A stretch of DNA of 64,000 nucleotides from assembly GCA_010093995.1 (NCBI GenBank), contig ML992503.1, positions 2,186,919 to 2,250,918 of the forward strand. Reading direction: 5' to 3'. Under the pieces are notes generated by a model. The model was given only the letters and a program-made list of their open reading frames with translations, was not told the DNA's origin and made no database searches. Shown here piece after piece: positions 23,741 through 36,288 of the stretch. The translations under genes were made by a program, and so were the position numbers. The stretch's first letter is position 1; every line of letters starts with the position of its first letter. The stretch comes from Elsinoe ampelina (taxonomy: Eukaryota).

Positions 23741-24289
23741 ATGCCTCCTAGTTGTCGAAGGCATAGCAAATCTAGTATATCCGTACGAAAGAATCTCTCG
23801 AAGTTTATTAAACTATTTAGAACTAACATGCTATAGGCTTATTCTCGTTGCAAATCGAAGGGGCTAGACTATAAGGTCTATATTCGGTCGGGTATCTATA
23901 GCTAGTGTATCGTAAGTAACTACTCGAGTTATAATATTTAGATAATAAAATCGAAATAATAGTGTCTTTAGTCTAAGCATATTCGTTTGCGAAAGGAATT
24001 AGTTATAGCTAAGGCTACTAGAAGAGAAGCTAAAGAAGCTTATAAAAAGGCAAAAGAGGCTTATTAAAGAGCTATAGGCGATAAGCTTCGCCTACGCGAA
24101 GAGATATAAAAGTTAAAGGACAAGGCGGAGAAAGTAATCTCTCTAGAAAAGACCTGTATTTAAGTCTTAGAGTAGGAGGAAATACTATCGTTAGTGGATC
24201 CCGTTCTACTATAGGACTAGTAGTTATTTATGCCCGACTCTAATTAGAGTTCCTTACTTAGCAACGATTAAGGTACTTCTATTAGTTAA
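23741..24289 (+). pseudogene. Antisense accessory ORF of the Gypsy element: Zn2Cys6-spaced motif plus coiled coil
   Basis: AYSRCKSKGLDYKVYIRSGIYS*CIVSNYSSYNI gives C-x2-C-x6-C-x8-C-x2-C-x7-C when TAT is read as TGT; followed by an E/K/R-rich helical stretch; start uncertain. Confidence 0.7.
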
Positions 24290-27200
24290 GCGATCTTCCT
24301 TAGGCATTCTCGTTTTTGTTTAGTGTTTAGAGTGCTAGGTCCGTCTAGTTAGTTTACTTAGGATAGGTTCTCGATCTAGTAATTTAGAATTACTTACGAG
24401 GTAAGGTGCTCCTCTAGTTCCTATGTTACTTTACTATACTAATGTCCCTTCTAGTAAATAAGATAGTAGCGTTTTTCTTTTATAAGTTTATAACGTAAAA
24501 CCCTTTCTATCTTATACCGTAGCTCCTATGTTTCTTCCTCTAGTTCGATAAGTCTAGGTATAGTATTCTATAGTACTTTCTCTAGTAGTAATATATAAAA
24601 GACTAGATAAATCCTTATATGTCTTAGTAGTTCTAGTTTATATACGTTCTTGTTTTTCTTTTCTAGGATCTTAAAGGGTCCTAGTTTAGTGTAGTTAAGT
24701 TTCTTACTCAGTCGTTTCGTTTTAATGTTTTTACTAAGGAAGTAAACTTTCTCTCTCTCCTATAGAATTAGTCCTACAATTCTCTTCTAGTTAGTAAACT
24801 CTACTATTCTTTGTAATATAAATACTATATTATAGTATAGCTAGTCGTGTAGTTTCTTAATGTTAGCTACTAGTATATTAGTATCCTTAGATACTAGCTT
24901 AATTCTAAGTGTATCGTAGTATAGATCCGGGTATATTCTATAGTTTACATAGAATAGTAAAATTCTATTTGCTAACTTTCTATTGTTAATAGCGAGCTCT
25001 ACGAGTAGTAATAGCGTTGCCTATAAGTCTTGCTTATAGTTTAGGTAGCATCGTAGGTACTACTCTAGTACTTAATTTGCCCGTTTAGTTTATTCGTCCG
25101 TTTATAGGTAAAAGGAGGTTAATAGCTTATATTTAACTCCTAGTAGGTCTATAAATAATTACTAGAATTATAATGTAAATAGCTTATCCCTGTTAGTTAT
25201 TAGGTCTTATAGTACTCTATGTTATAAAACAATTGTTTAGAGGAAGGCAAAGGCTATATCCTTAGTAGTTGCTATTATCTTATATAAGACAAAGTAGTAA
25301 TACTTCGTAAATCTATCTACTAGGACTAGAATGCTATTGTACTTTACACCTATAAGAGGTTCTTCTAATAGCAGTAGAGGTCCTATAAAGTCTATCGTAA
25401 CTGATTGCTATAGTTTGTCCGGTGGTAGTAAGGGTTATAGTAGGCTATATAGTCTATATCGAGAGTGCTTAGACTTGTAGCATGTATCGTAGGCAGCGAT
25501 ATATATCTTAACATCGTTTCGGAGTTCTTTCTAGAGGTAGTTTTATATAATAAGTTTGATAGTCTTATTAATCCCGCTATGTCCCGCTATTAGATTATTA
25601 TAGTATATTCGAATAACTTCTTTCTTCCGTTCTTATATAAGCTCCTAGGTAAGGCTATATAACTACTTTACCTTCGGGTACTTATAGACTAGAGCGCCGT
25701 CCTACTACTTTAGTATAGAGGCCTCTATTATTGTTATGTTTTTTAAGTAATTTAGCTAGCGGCTAAGAGCGTCTACTCCGCCGTTCTCTAATTCCTTAAT
25801 ATAGTAGATCTAGAAGTTATAGCTTATAAGTGTTTCTAACTATCGAACCTGTTGTCTATTAAGAACCTTAGTTATTATCTAATATAGAAGGTTCTTGTAG
25901 TTGGTATAGACTTATATAGGTAAGGTCGTCCCTTCTAGGTATACTCTCTATTCGTAGAACACTTCTATAATTGTAAGTAATTCCTTGTCGTGTATGTCGT
26001 AGTTAAGTTTAGGTCCGGTTATTTTTCGTAAGTAGTATATAATTAGGCAGCATCGTCCTTCTATGCCCTTCTACGCTAGACACGCTTCTATCGCAAAGTC
26101 TAAGGCATTCGTTTCTAGTAGTGCTTATTAGTCTAGGTCGAAGAGTACTAGGATAGGTGCTATTATAAGCCTAAGCTTTAGCTCCTTAAAGGCCTACCTA
26201 TACCTCTCGTTAAAGACAAAGCTAGTTTCCTTTTTCGTGAGGTTAGATATTAGCGTAGCTACCTTAGAGAATCCTTTAATAAACTTGCGGTAGTAGTTAA
26301 AGAACTCTAGTAGCGCTTAAACCTCCTTAACTATCGTAGGTTCCGGCTAGTTATTTACTAACTTAATCTTCTTCGGATTAGGTCCGATGCTATTAGTAGA
26401 TATAATATAGTCTAGAAATTGTATCTTATGTTTATAGAACTTATACTTAGAGAGTTTTACTAGTAGGTCTTTTTCTTTTAGTTTCTATAGTACTTTACAA
26501 ACATGTCCTACGTATTTGTCATACGTCTTTAAGAAGATAATAATATTATCTAAATATGCTAAGACAAAATCGTTAAGGTATTCTCGTAGAGTGTTATTAA
26601 TTAACTCTTAGAAGGTTACGGGAGTATTAGTTAACTTAAAGGGCATAACAAGGTACTTATATAGACTCTATTACGTTCTAAAAGCTATCTTTTACTCCTT
26701 GCTCTCCTTTATTTATACTTAATAATAGGCATCCCTAATATTAATTACAGTAAACTATTTAGCTCTAAGTAGTCGGTCTTAAAGTTCGTTAATCCTTAGT
26801 AGGGGATAGCGATTCTTCCTAGTAAGTGTATTAAGTTTCTAGTAATTAATATATATTTGTAACGTTCTATCCTTTTTTAGTGTAAAAAGCACTCCGTACG
26901 CAATAGGTAATTTTAATAGTTATATAAATCCTTTAAGTAAGTACTTGTCGATATAGTCCTTAAGGACATTCTTCTCTTATTTTGATAGTAGTATAAGACC
27001 TTAATAGTGTATCGGGGATTTATCTTCTTTAAAAGGTATTTCGTAATTCTATAGTTTATATTAGGGTAAGGCTACGATGCCTTCCCTTTCTTTAAATAAG
27101 TCCTCGAAGTCTTTATATTCTAGCGGAAGTGCTTAATTACTTACGCTAGCGATAGCTCTAACTATTAGTTGTACCTATACTATCCTTATAGTTAGTATCT

Positions 27201-27660
27201 ATAGAGCCGATTATACTCCCTATATTCTATAATTACACTTAGGGAATTCAAGTGTTCCTTTAATCTAGTCTACGTCTAGATTGTGTTATTAAAGCTAGTC
27301 TATACTAAGTACTATATTATACTACATGTTAACTATATCGATTAATCGTTTTTCCGTGTGTATTCTAATTTAGATTATAACGTTTTATAGTTCTTAAGTA
27401 ACTTTCCTATTCTTCTCTATAGGGGTTCTATCTACTATAGTAAGTAGGTAAGGTAACTCCTTCTAGTGTTAATAAGGTTTAAGCTAATTAGCAACTGTTA
27501 TAGAGACGTAGCTATAGTTAGCTCCCGAATTTATTATTGCTCTTACTTTACTCTCTTATATTTTAACTTCTAGTATAAAGTAGTTTAACGTGTAGATCTT
27601 TATTATATTAAGGCTTTAGCTAGTGTTATTGTCTTGCCTTATTAGGCGACAACTAGCTAG
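24290..27660 (-). pseudogene. Gypsy pol (PR-RT-RH-IN-chromodomain)
   Basis: Motifs listed above; 3' end approximate. Confidence 0.88.
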
Positions 27661-29642
27661 TTTTTTGTCATTATAGCTCCTTAGATAAGTAGCTAATCCC
27701 TTCCTATACGTATCTACTATTAGTACTATATCTATTAGGCAAGTTGTGTTTTATCGCTATTTAATATAGTAAGGTAAACTTCTAGCGCCTAAGTCCCTTA
27801 GTAACTATAAAGTCTAATAATTCTCTACTAGTTACACTAAGTAGTGTTATACACCTATATAGGTATAACTATTCCTTCTAGGTGTAGCTAGGCGTTAGTA
27901 TTAAAGACAAAAACAAGTTATATAGATTTGTCTTGTCGCGTCCTATTCTAGTAGTAGGTGTATATTATTATATAATTCCTCTATATCCCTATAAGGTATA
28001 CTTTAAGTCGTCCGCCCGATAGTAGTATATCGTTATTATTGTTATTGAATAAGTTCTTATCTATATTATTATATCGTAGTTGTTCGGTATATTCTTCGTT
28101 ATATTTCTCTTCGTCGCTACTGCCCCTAGTATAGTTATAGTTAGTAAGGCTACACTAAGTACATTCTTTTACTTAGCTATAGGGAATAGTACTATCTATC
28201 TTAATTACTGAGAAGTCTATAGTATATTTAAGACTAATAGTGTCTTCTCTAAGCACATCGTGTAAGTAGATAGTATAGTACTATTTATAATCTAGATTTG
28301 TACATTTCTAGAGCGACATATAATACGCCTTTTCTTATAGTTCGCTATAAGGGCTAAAGGTAAGACTACTATATTATTGCGTGGCACTCGCGTCCTAATA
28401 CTTTGTCTCGATAATCGTATATTAGTAATTGTCGCTAACTACCTTCTAAGGTTAGTTAATGTTACTACTAATTATAGAAAGCCTTTCTAGGTTAAGCCCC
28501 TAGTCTAGCTATTTTGTTAGTTGCCTACGCTTAGATAGCTTATATAGGAACTAACTAGATCCCTACTTGTCTAATAAGTAAATATAATAAGAGTTATTGT
28601 AATATACTATCTATAATAGCGTTGCGTTTTAGCTTTGTCGTTCGCTATTAGTCGTAGAGATATTAAGTATAACATCTAGAGAGGATTCTATTATCTCTCG
28701 AGTCGTCGTAGACCTCTTCTATATTTCCTTGCCTACGCTAAAGGTCGTTAGGTCTTCTATAGTAGTGTCGGCCTTTTTTTCTACTAGCCTAGCAACTATT
28801 ATATGTAATCTATCGGCTGGCGCCCCTTGTCGGTAGTCCCTAGCCCGATGCCTAGGTCTTTTATACTTAAAACATAGATTATCTCGTCTATACTTCTCTC
28901 TTTCTTTTCTACTAAGGAACTTTCCTCTACGACTGTAGCCTCGTGCCTATAAGGGGTAGCCTTCGTGTATAGCATTAAGTTCTATAGGGTCTCTATAGTT
29001 TTGAAAGGAACGCATATATCTAGTATTTGCCTTATATCCCCTATAACGTTCTATACGTCGTTCGTAAAGTCTGTTATCGATAGTAATTATAGTGTCTACT
29101 AGTTCCTAAAGGCTATTAGGCGGCTCGGGTATTATTTAGTCTTTAACTAAGTCGCTTAGTCCTTAATAGAATACTAAGTGTTTAGTACTATTGTCCTAGT
29201 CTAGGTGTATTACAAGTTGTTAGAACTAGGAATAGTACTAGGCTATAGACCTACGTTGTTATAATTATTAGATCTTCGTTGCGGCGACACGTTCCTTGTT
29301 AGATATATTAAAGACTTACTTAATCTTTGCCTAGAAGATACTAAAGCTCTTAAAGATAGCCTTTATATCTAGGCCTAGTTATCTATCTAGGTAGCTACTT
29401 ATATAAGGCTCGAACCACTCGAAGGCGGCGCCCTTAAGGTATATCCCGGCATAGAGGACCTTTGCTACGTCGTTGCCGTACTTGTCTCTCTCTAGGGCGA
29501 AGAAGGCTTTAAGTTAAACAAGGAAGTGCCTTAAGTAGGCGCGGTCCCCGTAGAAGAGTTCCACCTCTAACTTAGGCCTACTCTGTCCTTCTATACTAAA
29601 AGACCTTCTATATTCGCCCGAGGTTAAACTAGTAGTAGACAT
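27657..29642 (-). pseudogene. Gypsy gag with CCHC knuckle and long C-terminal extension
   Basis: ATG 29642; LKGAAFEWFEPY; LCFKYKRPRHRARDY (=CCHC); start is in frame with ACA AAA AAC TAG ending at 27657 (662 codons). Confidence 0.82.
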
Positions 29643-29758
29643 GTTATTAATAGTAAGCTTTCCTAGCTTACTAGCGATCGAAGATACTAATAGTAACTTA
29701 GAGCGAGAGTTACTTATTAACCTCGTAGCGTGCTATACTATAGTAAGGGTAGTTAAAA

Positions 29759-30221
29759 TGTCATAAACCGTCTAAATATAGCCTACGCTAGTAGTCTAAG
29801 CTAAGCTAGAAACAAGGTAGTTCTACTTCTATAGTAGTATAGTACTAAGGTAAGAGTTAGAGAAGATATATCTTATAGATAATAAAGTACAATTAGATAG
29901 TATTACAAAGGCTAGCCTTAGTAATACTAGTGTTCGCTATCTAGACGAGGTTAACTATAGTACTTATATAAGGTAAGGACTATTCCTATATACATATATT
30001 CTCTATTATGTTCTCTATATGCTCTATATACTCCGTAGCGAGAGTTAGAGGCAATATAGAGTACACGTCCGCTAGTAACCTATGTACTCTATAGTTTTAG
30101 AGGTAGAGCCGCTAGAGAAGATAGAGAACTAGGTAAACGTCGGGCCAGGTTACGTAATAATCTCGGTAGCTTAATTAGTCCTAACGTCCCTATATTCTAG
30201 CTGTCCTACTAGTTCGTAACA
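29759..30221 (-). repeat. Gypsy 5' LTR
   Basis: Direct repeat of 23204-23666. Confidence 0.95.
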
Positions 30222-32394
30222 CTTCTATCCTTTTATTATAACTATTCTAAGCTTAAGTATAGGGAGTAGATAGCTTATAATAGATTCCTTTACTATCTAG
30301 AAAGATAGTAAATTTAAGGCTAAAGGCCCTCTTATTGTCACTCCTAAGGAATCTAATTTTAAAGCTAAAATTGCTTTTAATATAAGTAATTATCTTAATA
30401 TAGATTTTATTAATCTTATATCTATAAGTATAGGTAGTAACTAGTTAATAGTTAGTAGTCCTATAAGCAAAGTAGCTTATATATCTTGCCTTATTATAGC
30501 TAGTAAATCTATTAATAATAATATTAAAGGTAGTTCTCTTAAATAGCTTTAATGTAGCATGTTTAGTGTTAGAACTCCTTAATATAATCTACTAAGCATT
30601 TAATAGCTTATAAGTCTAATATAGAGACCTAAGATAAATTAGTTAAGCTAAACTAGGCTTAGTTAGAGTTAGTTCACTACTAACTATAGCAGTTAGAAGG
30701 TAATTAATAGACTCTAGACTTAGATAGCCTATAACTTTATACTAAGATTAATTAGTCCTTATAGTAACTATAGTAAATACTAATAGTAGACAATTATTAT
30801 TATTCCTTAATACTATAGTAGTAACATTAGGAGCTTTAGAGTTATCCTTAAGGATATATTAGTTATACTTTAGTATAACTAAGAAGAGTACTCTTCCTTT
30901 ATAGCTAATTTCTATAGTTTAAGTATTCTAGTAAACTCCACTATTAATAAACCTCCTAAGGCTAACTAGATTAGTTATAATTAATAGTATATAGGCTACC
31001 TTTATAAGATAGATAGTTATAGGCTTTCCTTTATAAAGAGCTATAATATTAATAGTTCTCTAACTCTTAATACTAAGTAAGGTATTACTATAGAATAGCT
31101 TCTTATAAGGTTCTATAATTCTAGTAACCTTATATCTGTCCTTTATAGTATAATTATAGATGTAATTAGTTACTCTAGAATCTAGTATCTATAAGCTTAA
31201 GATGTTACTAGTGGCTAAAATAAATACTAAGTGTAATCTAATAGTTATAGCTATGTTAATTAGCACTAGTAGGGTTAACCCCTTCTAATGTTATACTTTC
31301 TTAGTAAGGATAGTATTAATTCTCTCTTTAAGAGTCTTATTATTTAGCCTCTGTCTAACCTCCTTTATAGTCTACTAGTTTAGTGTCTATCTATCTAGCC
31401 TTATATACTTATTTAAGTAATAGCACTTGCTCTACTTATACTAGCCTTAATATACACATTTAGGCTCCCTAATAGAACTAGGTTTCTTATAAAGAACATT
31501 CTTAGTAGCTATAGAGAAGGCCGTAGCCCCCTTGCTAGTCTTTGTGTTATTATATAGCTTATGAAGTTTATAGAACTATCTAAATTTAGTAATTAGTTTA
31601 AGTATAGTTAGTAGAGTTAGTAAATCTAGATTAATAAGGTACTTATTAGTAAATGCTAGTTTAGTCTTAGAGATAGAAAGTAAGAAGTCTCTTTATAGCC
31701 TTAAGCCTTAAGCTTCTAGTAGATTATAGTTCCTAGCCTTATCTATAACCTCTTCCTATTACTAAAGCTAATAGTCTATGTTCTATAGGGAAGAACTAGA
31801 GAGTTATTTCCTCTAGAGTGCTTTAACTTCGAGCTATATAGCTACATTAGATAGAGCAAATCTATTCTTTAAGGCTCGAAGAATAGCCTATAGATAAGGA
31901 TCCCCTTCTAGCTAAATAACAGTAAGAACTTATAGTATAATTAATAACTAAATAAGGCTAGCTAAATTAGCTAAGGCCTTATACTATTTGTTATGTTATG
32001 CTTGTTCCTCCTTATATATCTAGAAGAGTGCTAAGAAGTTAACATTTGCTACTTCTAGCCTCTAAGGCTTAGGAAGCCCCTCTAGTTTAATAGTCTTCTA
32101 GGGATTAATAAGGTTCTATATCTTAGTGTTTAATACTCTTGTCTTAATAATATATAGCTAGCTAGTCTATTTAGCTAATGTAGCAAGAATAATAGGTGTT
32201 CTAGCTATTAAGGTGTTAGTATCTATAGTTATTTATCTCCTTGTTAATACCTAAATCCTATAGTTGTAGTTAAGGCAGTTCTTAACAGATTCTAATGCTT
32301 AAAAAGCAAGATAGTAGAGAATTAACTAATGAATAGAGTAGGAAAGTAACTAAGTGATGTGCTTATGCAGGGGTAGTTATACTAGGCTTATAAC

Positions 32395-32652
32395 TATTAA
32401 CTTGTGTAGGGAGGAAAAAGGATTAATTACTGCCTAATCTACTAACCTAAGGTGGATTATAACTACATAAATACTTAACCTAATGAACTAAGAGATAGAT
32501 AAATCAATAGAACTCCTAAGTAACAACAGATTAAGACAATAACCATCTAATTTGATCATGGATTGGTAAAATAGTAAGATAGTGTTTAGTTCATCCTTGG
32601 GATGAACTGAATCAGGGTCTTCTTGGCGCTCCAGCTTATGCCTCGGTTGACA
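32395..32652 (-). repeat. Copia 5' LTR
   Basis: Direct repeat of 20329-20586. Confidence 0.95.
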
Positions 32653-32750
32653 CCATGTTATTCACATTTCACAAGAGAAGAACAGTCTGATCAGAATCTA
32701 GAATACATGTGGCTAGTAATCTACTAGCAAGCAAATGGGGTCCCTGGATA

Positions 32751-34158
32751 TCATCTGAAGCTACTACCCCTGTAGTTGAGCCCGTCCCTCGAAACGCCTA
32801 ATCTATCCTCTCGACTCCTGCCTGCATCACCAGGCGTGCTCATTCTCTTCAACGGACTCCCTTTCCTCGCTGCAGCCCGATCAGCATCTAGCCTTGAGCT
32901 TGGTCGAAGATGGGATGAGCTTGCCGCCTTCTTCAGCGGGCTGGCGGCGTGCGAATAGATCCCAAGGCTACCTCCGTCGCCTCTTGTCGGACTCACTTGT
33001 CTGGCTGATGGCTGTTTCGAGGGGCTCGTGAGTTCTGGAATGCTTCTATATGGGGATGCTTGAATTTTGTGGTTTGTGTATCCATTCATCGGTGAGAACA
33101 GGTTGGGAGTGGTGGTGCTGCGGGCAATTCTACCAGCAGAAGGCGAGTCTATCTCCGCAACAGACTCGTCCGACAGATGCGACAGGTAGCTGGGGTTTGG
33201 GTTGACCCTGAATCCACGATTGATGATGGTCGTGGGCGTGTAGACATCGACCTCCCGAGTTTGTGTCCCGGCGGCGCTCGCACTTTCCCTAGTCTGCGTC
33301 CCGACGTCCCGCACGGGGGGGTTGAGATGCGGATGGACGAACTTTGTGTCGTACTCGTTCATGACTTCTTTGTTTATGATTTTGAGATCCTTGGCTTGTT
33401 GGGTAAACGATCTTCGCATTGCGACTAGTTGGACTGAGAGAAGGGCACTGAGAAGGACAGAGGTCACCACTGTCACAGATGGCCTCGGATCAGCTGATAC
33501 CGTCGGCAGAAACAGCCAGTAGATCAAGACATGACCAGGCGAGAAGAGCGTGAAAAGCTCAAGGTTGAGATCCTTTGGGTCCCAGACACTAATCTCCCAA
33601 ACGTCTCGTTTCTGATCCGGGTGTGCACATGATTGTGCTGTCGGCGACTTGACCAGATTCGTGAGGTAACGCAAAGGCGATGAAGAAGCAGGCGAGGAGT
33701 CCACGTTGACCCTGCGAGCCGAAGGTGTGGATGGCATGGCATCTATCGAGCTCTCGAACAATCGATAGTGGCGTTTCCGGAAGAAGGTGTACACTGCATT
33801 GAGCACGGCCAGTAGAGCGAGGAGATGCGACATGAAGGAGCACTGTATCGTTTTAGCGACTTGTCCTTGAAAGACAAGCATAGCTACTCACCAGCCATGT
33901 GAACCACCCCGACGAGCTCCGGCCATCGAAATCCCCAAAGACATCGCTGCTTCTAGACGAAGCTGCACTGCCACTGTTGGCTCTAGCAATCACATAGATG
34001 AAATTCGCCGCCGCTCCTATCGGAAGCGTCCAGTCTTTTAAAGCTTCGTCCCAGGTACTGTCGTGTAGCTCCTCTGCCAGCCAGAGCAGAAAATCGTACG
34101 GATCCAGAGCCGATTTGATCCTTTCAGACCAAGGTTGCCTGCGAACGAGACGAGGCAT
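32751..34158 (-). CDS. mug154: Nuclear rim protein Nur1/Mug154 family (DUF2418)
   Basis: MPRLVRRQP..LDPYDFLLWLAEE; RKRHYRLFE..PSTPSARRV; WEISVWDP; LFSPGH; KEVMNEYDTKFVHP; one intron ~33890-33845. Confidence 0.85.
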
Positions 34159-34463
34159 ATTGTCGATGCCGATACAACGACACTAGCAGTCCATCACGAT
34201 ATGCAGAAGCCGTGGATGCTGACCATCGATTCGTAAAATCTTCAAACTGATGTAATGTTGTGAGTTCCTTCAATCATCCATGGTGGTTGTTCCGTAAGAG
34301 CATGCAGGGAGCTCGAGTTTTGTGTTCACTTGCAAACAATCGTCACTCCGGACGCACAGACCCCACTTCCAGGTCCCACCATCTCGACCCGGCTGAGCAC
34401 ATCTCTTCTTCGACCATACTGTCACTTGCCAGAGATTAGCTGCTGTCACGGTAGCTTCTCGTT

Positions 34464-34991
34464 ATGGCGTTGCCAGTGTCAGCCTATAAAGACAGGCAGT
34501 TCCTGGCCGTGATCGGAGACGAGGTGAGCAGGCATTGCTGGTGCGATGAAGAGCTCCAAAGTGCTGATCTCGCACAGGATACGGTCACTGGGATCTTGCT
34601 TGCTGGTGTTGGAGTATGTTGAGGCTTTGGTCGCAGGAAGGAAGCTTCTAACATCGACCACAGCATGTCACCGAACCTCCAGACTCGCAGAAGAACTACT
34701 TGGTAGTGGATGGAAAGACGCAAGACAAGGCGATCGAGGAAGCTTTCGACCAATTTACGAGCGAGCGCAAGGACATTGCGATTGTGTTGATCAACCAACA
34801 TGTATGTTACTGGACGAGTTGAGGGTTTGCACGTGCTGAGCCAAAGACAGATTGCTGAGAGAATACGAGGCAAGGTGGATGCGTACAATGAGGCTTTCCC
34901 GTCATTACTAGAGATACCCGCCAAGGATCACCCGTATGATCCAGAAAAGGACAGTGTGCTGAAGAGGGTGCGCAAGCTGTTTGGAGATTGA
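34464..34991 (+). CDS. VMA7: V-ATPase subunit F
   Basis: Four exons: [66 protein letters not shown]. Confidence 0.95.
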
Positions 34992-35284
34992 AAGGTCCAT
35001 GGAAGATGCTGGGCGGTCGCAGATGTCGGACAAATGGCCAAGGTCAGACGGGCAGATTGGAACAGGATTGTACAGAATCACATCATATTATGCAGTATAC
35101 CGCTCTTCCGATACTCGAGACATGGAAAGAAACGAATCGCTCGCCGGGGACGCATCTAGATGCCTGGAACTGAATGCCCTCGTCTTTACTGCCCTTTCTC
35201 GCACCCACAAGATCCTGCTCACAGCTCCAAGTGTCCCACATTGATCTTCACCCCATCCCGCCTCTTCAACTTGTCCATGGATTG

Positions 35285-35864
35285 TCAACCAAAGATAGCA
35301 ACACCCCCACGAGAGAAGGTGACGGTCGCAGTCAAGCAGGTGATTTTCTCCTCATCCTTGGTGACCACGTCGGCGAGAACAGTGTACTTTCCAGGCGGGA
35401 TTTCCTTTGGCAGATCAACATCCTTGGTGAGCGTCTTTGCACCCTCTTTGAGCGGGCATTCGAGGTCGACATTCTTGACAGTGTCGCAGAGATCGGCGGT
35501 CTGGCGAATGATGGTGATCAGACCGTACTTGACTTGCAGGTGGATCTTTGCGCCCTCGGCGATGTCCTCCTTGAATTTGCCTGTGGCGGTGATTGTGAGG
35601 GCGTTGCCGCTGTGATGCGTTAGCGCTGTTGGTCGTGCAGGACGAGAGATTTTGTGACACTTACGGCTTGGGTGGGTTTGGCGAGAGGTCGACGCGGTCG
35701 ATCTCGAGGATATCCTTGTCTGGTGCTGAGCAGAAGAAGAGCGGGTTGTCGCCTGGAACGCTCAGTGAGTCGTCGACAAGCGTCTTCTGGTCTCTGGTGT
35801 TGAGCGACTTGGCCGTGGCAGTGAAGGCGCAAAGGCCAAAGGTGAGAAGGCTGGTCAACTTCAT
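35285..35864 (-). CDS. NPC2: Phosphatidylglycerol/phosphatidylinositol transfer protein (ML domain)
   Basis: Signal peptide; [54 protein letters not shown]. Confidence 0.92.
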
Positions 35865-36288
35865 CCTGACTGATCTGCTGTCACAAGGTACTGCAGTGTA
35901 GGTGGTATGGTGGAGTGAAGTGGTGGAGCAATGATGGAGAGAGGTCTCGGCGTGCCGTCGTTTCGAACCAAGCCGCAATCGACACAATCGAGCACCTGAC
36001 TGGATCTGATCTGACGATGACGTGCGGTCGGCTGTTTCCGACCTTCGCTGGAGCAACATTGTTAAAATCCTCGCTTTCCACAGACACTGTATTATTCTAT
36101 TGGAATTGTTCGATTGTCATGGAAACATTTGGCACATTTTGGCTATCGCGGACGCCTCAGAACCCATCGAATACCGCCTTGGGTGCGAAAAAATGATTTC
36201 ATCGACACAAGACAGGGTATAGTATTATACATTCGCTCAAATAACAGGATATCAAGTAGGGTATCATCCACAATATCTACACAAAGCT

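Larger units (their letters stand above)
23204..30221 (-). mobile_element. RIP-degraded Ty3/Gypsy chromovirus nested in the Copia integrase
   Basis: 463-bp LTRs; [30 protein letters not shown]; gag, PR (AIINSGA), RT (YLVMPFKLTNTP..LAYLDNIII), RNase H, IN, chromodomain (YKIERVL..YLIY*KG..VT*ELEEHL). Confidence 0.95.
20329..32652 (-). mobile_element. RIP-degraded Ty1/Copia LTR retrotransposon interrupted by a nested Gypsy element
   Basis: 258-bp LTRs; TSD CCATG at 20324-20328 and 32653-32657; PBS-like GTTATAAGCC (~GGTTATGAGCCC); domain order PR (ILDSRVTNY), IN, RT (KYKVRVYIRGNL), RNase H (KLNTRLYYINIYYYWLKQE, ANGFTKSLP). Confidence 0.93.

Noticed and set aside
28774..28780. A7 run after the Gag knuckle as the frameshift site
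   Set aside because: The gag frame continues through it into a recoverable motif; the site at 27660-27666 fits the pol frame.
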